Below, piece by piece: positions 35,975-47,393 of a stretch of 64,000 nt of DNA; the stretch's first letter is position 1, and each line of letters begins with the position of its first letter. A program made the translations under genes and the position numbers. The DNA is from Balanoglossus misakiensis (Eukaryota > Animalia > Hemichordata). The stretch is from positions 5,255,319-5,319,318 of the forward strand of contig CM082594.2 in assembly GCA_040954595.2 (NCBI GenBank), given 5' to 3'. Below the pieces are notes generated by a model, which was not told where the DNA came from, ran no database searches, and worked only from the letters and a program-made list of their open reading frames with translations.

Positions 35975-37465
35975 ATGATTTAGAAATTCGCGAGCTTTCG
36001 TATATTCAAAGATAAATGTAAACATTAGTAAAACGCAATATCACTATAGTAGATTAGGAAAAAATTCAGAACACTGTTTACTTGAGATGATGGAAGAAAA
36101 TCTTATTGCTACTAATGTAGATAAAACTGATAAAACCTCGAACGACTAACAACGTTGACAGATATGAAAAAAGAAAATTCATATTATATGGTATAGTTGC
36201 TGGTTTTAAGATGTTACTCAATGAATGTGAATTAGTAAACGTAATATCGTTTGCCTGTTTCTTAAGTGTTTACTCCTATAAGTTGACCACTTTATGCTCT
36301 GAATCGTCAATTTCGTTAGTGGTCACGTTTGTTTAAATATTGAAGTATATTACACATGTACATTCATCGTATTTTGATTACAATCAATTGGTTTATGTCA
36401 GTTGTTGTCTAAGGTCATACTGGCCCCTTACATATACCGTGTTTAACCCAGTATAGCCATACATGCTAATATCCCCTTCCATCGTTTCTGAATAAAAACA
36501 AGTGATTTACAGTAGTGGTACGCAAACGACAACCGGTAACAGGCCCTCACGTGAATCTATTACTGCATGGTACGTAAGGTTAGAGGTGACGGACTAGTTC
36601 AACTAAATAGGTCATTGCATCAGACAAAGCATTCCAACACCATTAACGCTGAGTCTGACAAAGTCTCAACTCGATATTTTCTCGGAGACCAGCGAGATTA
36701 CAAGACCACATACTTCAAAGCCAAAGTATTGTCCCAGCCTCCAAGGTAAGGACTCTACCTCCTCCAGTGTGATGAACTTAACCCAGTGTAACTCACGGGT
36801 TGAAATGAGGACATTTGCTTACAAGTGCCGTCTAATAGACGACAGTTCCAGATAACACTTCAAAGCCAGTATAGTGCCTGCAACAGTTGAACTTCAAACA
36901 CACTCCCCCACCTCCTTCTCCCCCCTCCTATCAATTTTCTGGTCTGACTCGTGTTTGACAATTTCCGCATTCTTCAATTATCTTAGTGTTGGTTAAATCC
37001 AGGGCACCAATACACATGATACAAACCTGACGTGCTCCTTGCACTACATCAGTGACACATATAGACATTCTTGTGTTAGAGAGGTCAAAGGCGAATGTGT
37101 CAGGCGGCTGGGAACCATAACACTTCGTTGAAACCGCAAACTCTTGAGGTTTGACTCTGCCGGCAGCCACGTGAATCCGAACACCTGTCGACATTTCCCT
37201 CGAAGTTTCCATCTGTGGAACAGCGGTGGGGAATGGTTTCTTTGCGGTTGTAAGCTACCGCGTAATTTTAGCTAGCTTTATGCAGTAGAACAAGAAACTG
37301 TAGTTGGGGGTGCATTAAATACAGAGAACGAGTGAGTATACTGAACAAATAGCTAAACATTGAAACCGAGATGGGCACGATCGTTCAAATTTCCCAAACC
37401 CAAGAGAAGGGGAAGATTTTACGCGTATGCTCTCTCTCTTGTATAATACTTCACTGTAGATAAAC

Positions 37466-38344
37466 ATGGTGCAGAAGATGACGTCATCGGAATTCTCAGA
37501 ACTGATGAAGCTGTTGGAAGGAGATCTAACGGACAGCCTTCCCCTCTACTATCTGCTCAAGAACAGCATGAAAACAAACAACAAATGGCCACGTGTTGAT
37601 GTTTATGTTGACAACCAAGACATGAGACATCTGACCAGTGTCGCTGCGCTGTGGTTTGCTCAAGAAGAACTTGAAGCCAGTGCAATCAACGGGGAAACGT
37701 GGTTCTTTCTATACTCGCTCGACTGTGCCAACTTAAAAGTTCTGCTACGAAATTTTGGCGTTTTCGATAATATGAAAGAAGCGAAATGTGTCTTTTTTCT
37801 TTTAAAGGGGGCGTATGATGGGTCCATTATCAAATTGCTACAAACTGAGTTTCGTCTGACACTGCAATGGAAAGAACCAGGTTTTTTCTATGTCCTTGAC
37901 GGGATAACTCAATCGATTATAGACAAGGCTTCTAGGCAACTCCCACAGAACTTTCATATCGCCCCATTACAAATCAAACATGGTAAAACGATGCATGAAA
38001 TATGGACTTATGGGGACCCCCCTCCGGTAGCAAGATTTGAAAATACCATACAGTATCAACAACACCTCGCCATCTACAATGAGGATGGAGACCCAATATC
38101 CTGGGCCGTTGTTAAGGAATATGGCGACATTGGTATGACGTATACGGCGCCGGAGTATCGCAGGCAAGGATTTGCCAGCATTTTGACTGCAAAGTTGGCG
38201 CAAGTGGTTGTTGAATCGATTGAAATTCCCTATGCTGCGATTGGTTCAATCCGAGAAAACTCTGTGGCCATGCACAGTAGGTTAGGATTCACTAGGAAGG
38301 GGGGAGATATGGCTATTCTTCACTGTTGGTACAACAGCAACTAA
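37466..38344 (+). CDS. Glycine N-acyltransferase-like GNAT, copy 7
   Basis: 292 aa ORF after acceptor TGTAG|; motif A PEYRRQGFA. Confidence 0.93.
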   Translation: MVQKMTSSEFSELMKLLEGDLTDSLPLYYLLKNSMKTNNKWPRVDVYVDNQDMRHLTSVAALWFAQEELEASAINGETWFFLYSLDCANLKVLLRNFGVFDNMKEAKCVFFLLKGAYDGSIIKLLQTEFRLTLQWKEPGFFYVLDGITQSIIDKASRQLPQNFHIAPLQIKHGKTMHEIWTYGDPPPVARFENTIQYQQHLAIYNEDGDPISWAVVKEYGDIGMTYTAPEYRRQGFASILTAKLAQVVVESIEIPYAAIGSIRENSVAMHSRLGFTRKGGDMAILHCWYNSN

Positions 38345-39942
38345 ATGATTTGTATATGCAAAGATAAATGTAAATATTAGTAATACGCAATATCACTATA
38401 GCAGATTAGGAAAAAATTCAGAGCACTGTTTACTTGAGATGGTGGAAGAAAATCTTACTGCTACTAATGTAGATAAAACTGATAAAACCTCGAACGACTA
38501 ACAACGTTGACAGATATGAAAAAAAAATCATATTATATGGTATAGTTGCTGGTTTTAAGATGTTACTTTTTGTCACTATGATATTGCAGTGTGCAACGCC
38601 CCGCAAGAATCCTTCATAAACCTTGAATAGCGCCCCCGTATGTTCAAAATGTCTACTACGTTTTACTGTTTAGGGCACGAGCGTCCAGGTGAAAATAAAT
38701 TGGGATAACAAAAGTCTGGGGAACAGCTGTTAGTGATTCTGAATGTCGGTAACCCCTGTGATCTTGATCTGAAGAATATTAAAAGTGGTGAAACTTTAAT
38801 CCCTCTCAGTTTGAGTGGCTAATTGAATGATTACTAAGTAATTGATTGATGACACAGCTTGATTGTGTGTGAAGCCGTGGATTAGAGCGAGTTGAAACAA
38901 AAACCACGAATGTTTAAGTGGCATGTGGACGTCGTTTTCCAAATCAAGTGAAACCAAATCAAAACAGTGGCGTTGTGCAGGAAATAGCGAAGGCGCGCTT
39001 GACTTTGTCGCAAATGTTTAAGTCAGCGCTTAGAAACTGCTATAAAACCGCAGTAAATTGCAGTAAAGCGCGGGAGACGTTTCGTTCAAATCGGCGCACA
39101 TCCGTCAATGATGTGAAATTCGTCAAAAAAAATTAAACCGAATGCAGAATTACACAAAACGTATGTCTGTCGCAATGGCAGAGAGTGACTTTTCCTCAGA
39201 GCCAAGTTCCCAGCTCATTCGGGCGTGTGTGGTTTTTTTGTCTCGGGGTCCACCGGGAAATTCGAAGCCACAAATCCAATTTCCCGATAATTAGAGGACA
39301 ATTATCCATCTAAAACACACATAATCGCAGCGATAATGAATCCCCCTGCCGAGGGGTGGTAGTGTCACCATATGCCGTGGTCTCCGTTGGCCATTGTCCG
39401 CTCCTCCTAACACCTAGTTATCGTGTGTTACACTGGCCTTCAATGACACCAATTAAGTTGGTGTGCAACAAGCGAAATTTGTCACACTTGGTCCAGCATC
39501 CACGTGTCGCTTTCAATTATTATCAAAGGAGGGAAGAATGGCCCATTCTTTCCACTCCACTTATTCTTTGTTTACAAATTCATTAACGGGTTGCCGGAGT
39601 TTCTGACGGGAGAGAGCCACAGAGTTGTCCAATTTTTTTCCGAGCGAATTATGTCTCCGCATAATATGTTTTTCTTCTCACTTTTCCCCCCAAAGCGAAT
39701 TTCTAATAAGCTATTTTGCCATCGGCTAATGGTCAAAACATCATCCAGCATGATTACTTGTTTCCACAAGATTGACGTCATGTTTAGTTTAAGGATATTA
39801 TAAACAGGAAGCCGTTGTCCGGCGAGTAATAGTCTTGTGGTTTTCTTCGCCTATGTGACGTGACAACACCTTCTCATGATTTTATATTTTATCTGCCTGC
39901 CTACCTTCATACATACCTACCTACCTACCTATAGTATCATAG

Positions 39943-40258
<316 letters not shown>

Positions 40259-43200
40259 TTATTCATATGTACCCCATAAAACGGTTCACACTTTGACATT
40301 TTTTTATTTACACAAATTGATTGATCCGTTTCCAGGAACAGCCAATTAATTCCAGCGGGAATATCGAGGAGTGGATTTTCCTAATAATGTCAACAAAGCG
40401 TGCCCAAAAGCGTTGTCGGAAGAAGACCAGGTTGCTATTATCTAATTTCTTATTTGTATGAATGATAATTACCAATTAATGCAGGGGTCTTGACTCTCAT
40501 TTAAATGCGCGCCATGTGGGTTTCACACCCCGTGAAACACTCCCAAAGACTGAAATGACATTATTATTAATTTGTGAACCTTTCTTTGTTCATTGCAATA
40601 ACAAAAAACGTTGATGGCATTGAATATAGACGTCTGCAGTGTCCCTTTAACTATTCAATGAGTGAGAGAATAACTTGTTTTCTCAACCGTCCGCCGCATA
40701 CTGAAAACACAGACGGTAACATCATCTCTTTAAAAGTTATCTCTCTCGTTAACCTTTTAAGCTGAAGCCGTGTAACGATAAGGTTGCCGGATACTCATTA
40801 AAGAAAATACGGGTATAACGTATCGCAGTGTTCTGCACGATTCCGTAACTCAAGCCCGAAATCTTACATCAAACTAGTAAGTTTATCTCGTAAGATGCAC
40901 GAGTAATTTCAAAAATTGACTAAATTAAACAATGTACATATATAGTAGCATTTTGTGAGCGCGCAGTAATAAATAGAACGCCACAGGCTGGGTGGGAACA
41001 GTATATGCGATGACGTCACAGACGGGTGATATATGGGAAGGTTTGACCGCCATAGCTTTTTATGGACCTCGGTTACTGCAGACGCCGATCGCGTATCCAT
41101 CATTGAAAGGCGCAAACTCTTAAAATGTTGTTGTCGAATGCCATGCCAGCGCCCCCAACAAGGAGTTTGGTTCTTTCCTGTTTCACCACTGAGGGCGTAA
41201 CGGCAAAGGGATGTACCGTGTGATCGCCCCTAGCACACATAGTGTGGAATACATAAATGCTTCGGCTTAAAACGACCAAATATACTCTTGCATCCTCAAC
41301 CCAAATAGCGTCGTCGAACGAAAAAGATCGAAGAAGACCGTGAGCGCCACCTCGTGAGTGACTGACTGTGTCGTGGTTACTTGATGAAAAGTTCCTGAAA
41401 GTTCGTTTGCTAACCCAAAACTGTTGGAGGTATAGGCCTTTAAATACCCTATAATGTCGTTTGCATTTTACACTTGCCTTCCAAGACAATTATACGAACT
41501 GCATTAGTTAGTATGCACCTCGGTGAAACGACTCTCCTCCAAAGCTTTCAATTCCTTGCTATGTTAAAGTGAGGGATCTCTTTTCAAACTAAGATGAAAA
41601 TAATTAGAAAGTAAATATCTAAAGAAACTGTCACTCTGTAACGCTGGGTATAGGATGTTCCTATCTCGCTATCTTCATTACCACATTTTAATATGACATT
41701 AGTAAATAACGGTGACCAAGAGAATTCATTCTCTTTTCATTAGAGCCCCGCTTACAATATGCATATTGCTAACCTTGTAGTTAATGTGAATTTCCCTCTG
41801 ATCAAAACGGGTATATTAAATGACGACGACGATACGTCATGTCGATTTCAGACCCGGGCCCGAAACGTGACATGCCAACAAACACTAACCATTTGTTTAG
41901 CTAAATAAAATTTGATATGATCTGAAATAGTTTGGTTTCTCCAGAAAGAAAACGTAGCAGCCGGTTTAATTATATGGTAATTGTGTAATTTCGCTTTTGA
42001 CAGATTCATTTCGGCGTGTTTATATTGCATCGGCAAAATGTTCGATGGGATAATCGAGTCACTGTTCTCCGCAGCTGAAGTGGATTTTTCACGTGTTATT
42101 GCAAGCTAATGAAGTACAGAAATTCTTAGTTAGCTGTCAAATGTTATACCCGACAGCACGTCTAAACTGACTAAGGATGGCTTGGTCATTTTATGCCCCC
42201 TCTGATAGTCTGGTAAATTCTTAATTCATTCATGTTTGCTGGAGTTCTGTGCGGGCGTGTAAGAGTACGGGTTATGGCGAGTTACAGAACTGCGCGTGGG
42301 CAGCGCAAGTATATCTCGGGTGTCGTTTTCGTTACCGGACTCCCATCGCCAGAAAGAGTCGGTTGAAGCGGATGGAAAAAAATAGGCATCCCCTTTTCGC
42401 TCGGCGGGACGAGGACAAAGCCGCCGTTCATCATCGACAGCCTTCGTCGGCCGGCCGACGTCATCACACACAGCATCCAATTTTGGGTCCTGCATTCACG
42501 TGAAACACAGTCACTTTATCACTGACCACTTTATTTCTCCAATTACCATCACAATGATCTCTCGTTATAAATTTCCTGTGTACATTCGATTCTAATTATG
42601 AATCCCCCCGTCTCTCTTCCCGTCTGGCCAAAAGCGGTCTAGCTCCGTGTCAACTAGCCAACCCTCCAAGTATTGATACACTCACGGTAAACAATGTCTT
42701 CTACTACATGGGACGGGTCATTATCATATCAATTTTATAAAGTAATTACATTCCCATTCTTTTCTCTCATGAGTCGCGTTGTTCTATGCGTGGAAAGGGG
42801 TAATTAACCAATACCACGGCACCTTTGTGTTTGAAGGGGGCGCAGAATGTAATTAAAAATATGTATTAGGGTTAAATACGCGGTATGACACTCATTGTAG
42901 CGGAATATTCAATTTTCAGTGCCATCCCATTGTGTTGTAAAAAGCGTCACCTATTAAGCGATAGTTCCGCTTAGGAACGTGTAAACTGGTGTGTTATGTC
43001 GATTGAGTGTGTCATAATGACGTCATCCGCTTCTGTCTGGATGTCAAGTGCTGGCCGATATTGGTAATAACTAAGTTTTTTGTTGTCCGGTTCAATACTC
43101 GACCCTTACCTAGTAAGTTGACACTATCGCTAATATCTGCCGTTCGAGAAAATCTCCAACGGTTATAAAGCAACCCCTTAACATTCTTCAATTGTGCGGT

Positions 43201-43410
43201 CAATACTCTCGCTGTCAATTTGAGTCCCCGATGAAATAAATGATGATATGATTCTCTGAAACATTTCTTTCCTGGCAGTCAGTTTGATTGCATGTCAGAT
43301 GACGATTCTCAGTGATAGATCTGAAATTAGTTTCAACTCTTTGTCACCTCACGCTATGATGTCATAATTCTGTTGCATAGCAGAACGCGGGTACATAGTT
43401 TGCAATCCAG

Positions 43411-43478
43411 CCATCCATCCATCCAACCAAAACCAACCAACCAACCAACCAACCAACCAACCAACCAACCAACCAACC
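43411..43478. repeat. (CCAT)n/(CCAA)n microsatellite
   Basis: Tandem CCAT then CCAA units. Confidence 0.95.
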
Positions 43479-46400
43479 ATTGACTAGTCCCTCCATTAAC
43501 CAATCTTTCATCGTTCATTGATTTCTCCCAATATATCAAGTTACGATTTCTCTATTCTTCTACATGGATATAGAATGCGGGTATTTATTTTGATGTTGAC
43601 ATGAAACGTCAATGAAGGGAAGTTAAAATATCACTTTTTTGTGCTCTCTTCGAATTTTCATCGGAAATTAGAAGGGACAAAGTGAATACAGAGGGCGATT
43701 ATATAGTTATAAAGTTAGTCATTTTCTCGGGAACAATTTCCTCACATCCGATTGTTTTGCTCCTCAATACCGGCATGCTAACATATCATGATTTCAATCC
43801 AATCATTGAAAAATTATTTTTAATGACCTAATTTATGCAGAGGTGGCGTTTAGTAATGCTGGCTGTATTTGGCCCCATTGAGAAACACTGATATGGCTGC
43901 AATGGAACTAACTGACTGACTGGCTGACTCATCTCACTGACTCCACCAATCTATCACTCACTCAATTAATTGATTGATTGATTGATTGATTGATTACTCA
44001 CGGACTAAAAGGGAAGTAAAATTCTGAGGATATTCAATCCATAACAGAATCAGAGTGAACGGTGTATTTCGACGAAAAAAAGTTAAAAATATAAATGCCT
44101 ACAATTGATTTAAACCGAAGCGTGACACGTTATCAACCGACAAGTTTTTACACGACACTTCGTGTTCATTTATCACCCTAGGACAATGAGTTTTTAATAT
44201 CAGGGAATGTAAAAATAAAAATAAAAATATTATTTTTCATCGTATTGAAAAAGGAAAGTGATTTTGTGTAATCAAAACGTGGACATTTCAGAAGAACATG
44301 TAATTTGCAAACCATCCATTTCTGACAAAGAGGCCTTTTTACAAGTCACACAAAGGACAAGCGAGCGTTTTGTTTAAAGCTTTGTCGAATGAAGCCATAT
44401 TCCTGTCCAGCCAGGGCATGGCAGTGGCGGTCGTCATGGAAACCGTGGGGAGGTGGAACGAAGTTCGCTTCGTTGACCACTGAGTATCAGAGGCGATCCG
44501 CAACGCGGGGGGAAAGGAGGCCACAAAAAGTAGCGTGATTTCTGAGAACGTGTGAAGATTATTCGTGAGTTTGGTTTTTTAAAAATCAGCAACTCTGGTG
44601 CGGCCAGTAGTTGAGTTGGCTGGAGTTGTACCATGGACGTCCATGGTTGCACAGACCCAGTGCTTAACCACGCACCTATCACACCACGGCACCCGCCATC
44701 ACCAGGCAGTCAATTCGCCACAACAGCGATGCAATTTTGCAGTCGAAAAATGCCAAAATCGAGATGGCGTGGGATTGGTTGGTTTTTACTTTCGGAAGAA
44801 ACTACCGTTGCTTTGTCGGCCTGTGGTTGGCCAATCAGATCGAGCAAGACATACGGGACGAATATGTGATTCAGCATCATTTGCTTAAGGCATTAGGATA
44901 AAAAACTTGAGCTGACATTTCGTCATGTTTCAGGTGATTCCTAACACTTTCTCATCCTTCCACGGTGTTGAATTTCACTCTATTCTCCACCGATCACCCA
45001 TGCTCAACTTGTCTTATAAAAACAAACCGGCAGTTTTATCGCCAAAGGTTAAGAAGTCACCACAGTATAGACATACAGATATTGTTCAATAAAAGATAGA
45101 TCTTGAAGGGGGAAAATTTATCGCCCAATTAATCAACGTTCCACCACGATGATTTAAGGTTTTCGAGAACTGTCAAAGCAAGTCTTTTCACGGCCCTCGG
45201 GTAACGTGCACATTAAATACGAATACGCTTGTTTTAAAATCGATGTCACTGCTGCAAATTTTATTTTAATCTGTGGGAATAAGGGGAAGTTGTCCAATTA
45301 CAAAAAGTCTGGAGACTAGGCCAACTAGTGTCTCTTTTCCAGTGTGTAACGATGCGTATACTATGTGAGACTTTCGGCACAAGACGCGAATTTCTGTTAT
45401 TTGTTCAACGGACAATAAGACCCCGCCTAAAATGCCCGGCGAGGGGAAATTCGACAACAATGCAAGAGAGTTTGGCCTAGTATTGGCGTCTTGGGGTACA
45501 ATACGGCAGAAGGATTGTGGGGCAGAGGGGCGCCAGCGGTGTTTGATAAACAACTGATTCAGGTTCGGCCTTTTTTTTTATCACAATGTCGATCGGATGT
45601 CAATAGGCATTTCCCCCATTCCTCCCATTTATCTGTTTATCGATGCGTCTTTCTCCGTTTCTGGAAAATAACGGCGCGGACTAACACACTGGTCCAACTC
45701 AAACATCTCGCTTATTTGACTAATGATTAGGAGGACAGGAAAAGATCTACAAATTGTTTGCTTATCTCCATCTTGGACGGTCGATAACGTATGGACAGAA
45801 ATCATTCTGTCAGAGTACTCATGCTATAAGCGAGTACAACTGCAAAATGTTGACTTGTTTTCACCAATTGAAGCAAATACAGACAACTGAACCATTCTTC
45901 TTTATAACTCATACCAGCATGATCAGCGATGGGCAGCGTTGGAATATGAGAAGATGATTTCGCAAAATGAAAACCCGCATGCTATTTTCGAAATACAAAG
46001 ATTACTTTCTTAAAATTTAATATTGTTTTTGTTGGTCGTTGGACCACAGCCATCCACAATTATGATAAAGTAAAAGTTCCCGACCACCCTGTAATCTGAT
46101 CTGCAGTAACTTGTTTTGGCATTTTTAAAGTATTTTCATTGAGTGTTGTCCAATTTCCATTTCCTCGCTTCGTTTTCAGCCCAAAAGTAAAACATGTTGG
46201 GCCTGAATTTGATTTTTTCTGGTCAACCTAAATTTATGTTGACAATTTTAACACGAGGTGTGCCACCGTTTCCTAGCTATCCTTTGTAGCATCCAAGGCT
46301 ACGATGCATCAAGTTGTGTTATTATACTTTCATTATGAATAGTCCAGAGCGCCAACTTCTGAACTGATCGATCAGGATTGACGCACTCACACGCACTCGG

Positions 46401-47336
46401 TGTTAATAAGTGCAGTTGATCCGACTAACAAGCTTGCTACTATCTATCCGGCCACGTTACTGTCTACATAGACTCATTCCAGACCCCGTACCCATATTCA
46501 AGCGTCGTCTCTGCGAATTGAAACAACCCACGTTATTTCAAGAGAATCTCGACCGTAGTGACATTCGACGAGGCCCGGTCGAGCAGACTACGCCATAACT
46601 GTTTCCACTTAGACAAAATCCCACACCGCACAGACAGATTTGCCTAATTAGATATTTCTGCATCTTACTGCATTGTCCCCTTCTCTATAGGAGGCGAGGA
46701 CAGAAACAACAACACCTGCGCATAGCCAGCACCAAAAAAAGCCACCAAACACCGAGGAGATTCCACAAGACTGTACAAGCAAACAACGAACTTCTAAAGC
46801 TGGACATCACTAGCTCCTTATTCAGATGTGCACACGAAGAAAATTAACCAGCACTTCAAAACTAGACAGAACGTATAACAGTAAAACAAAGTCGTCTGCA
46901 AGCAACAATTTAAGCGGATTTGAGTACTTATTCTGTTCAAAGAACGGAATTAGACGAACTGCCGCTGGACAAGGTCAACAACGGATGTGCATGAATTTGA
47001 GCTGTCCCGTGATGTGACGAAACACACCATTGTGTAATTATTTTCAGTGCTGGCGGTTTTTTTTTCAGTAATTTCCGGACCCCTATTTATAAGGGTTTAT
47101 AGCGGAAAATTATTGTGATTTTGTATTACTATTTTAATCATTAATGCTCAGACTGGCGACAGGCAAAACCTTATGACAACAGCGAGACAATGTGCCAAGA
47201 CCGAAGGAAGCAACCATAAAGGAAACATCAATAAAATGCGCCAAAAGTGTCAATTAAGTGAAATACTGGGTATACCATCGAATATAGGAATTGAATAAAA
47301 TCCGTTGCAGCAGCATCCAGCATTTTCCGTTTCTCT

Positions 47337-47343
47337 CAGACAG

Positions 47344-47393
<50 letters not shown>
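47337..47393. repeat. (CAGA)n microsatellite
   Basis: About 14 CAGA units. Confidence 0.95.

Larger units (their letters stand above)
30280..38560 (+). repeat. Four ~2.0-2.3 kb tandem segmental duplicates carrying GNAT copies 4-7 with promoters and 5' UTR exons
   Basis: Shared non-coding blocks (GCATCAGACAA...CTCGGAGACCAGCGAGA...CCAAG|GTAAGG at 30439, 32416, 34441, 36745) and shared 3' blocks (TTCTTAAGTGTTTACTCCTATAAG at about 31931, 34011, 36259). Confidence 0.95.

Noticed and set aside
34629-37212. Homologous antisense ORFs (PPDTFAFDLSNTRM...) in GNAT 5' UTR introns
   Set aside because: Similarity explained by recent tandem duplication; disrupted in the copy-5 unit; no known domain.
31397-38203. 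Repeated antisense ORFs (MRQLCSQNAGK...) in copies 4-7
   Set aside because: Shadow frames of the conserved GNAT coding strand.
44339-44400. MASFDKALNKTLACPLCDL resembling a TRIM/RING N-terminus
   Set aside because: Stop immediately after first CxxC and no remaining RING residues in any nearby frame.
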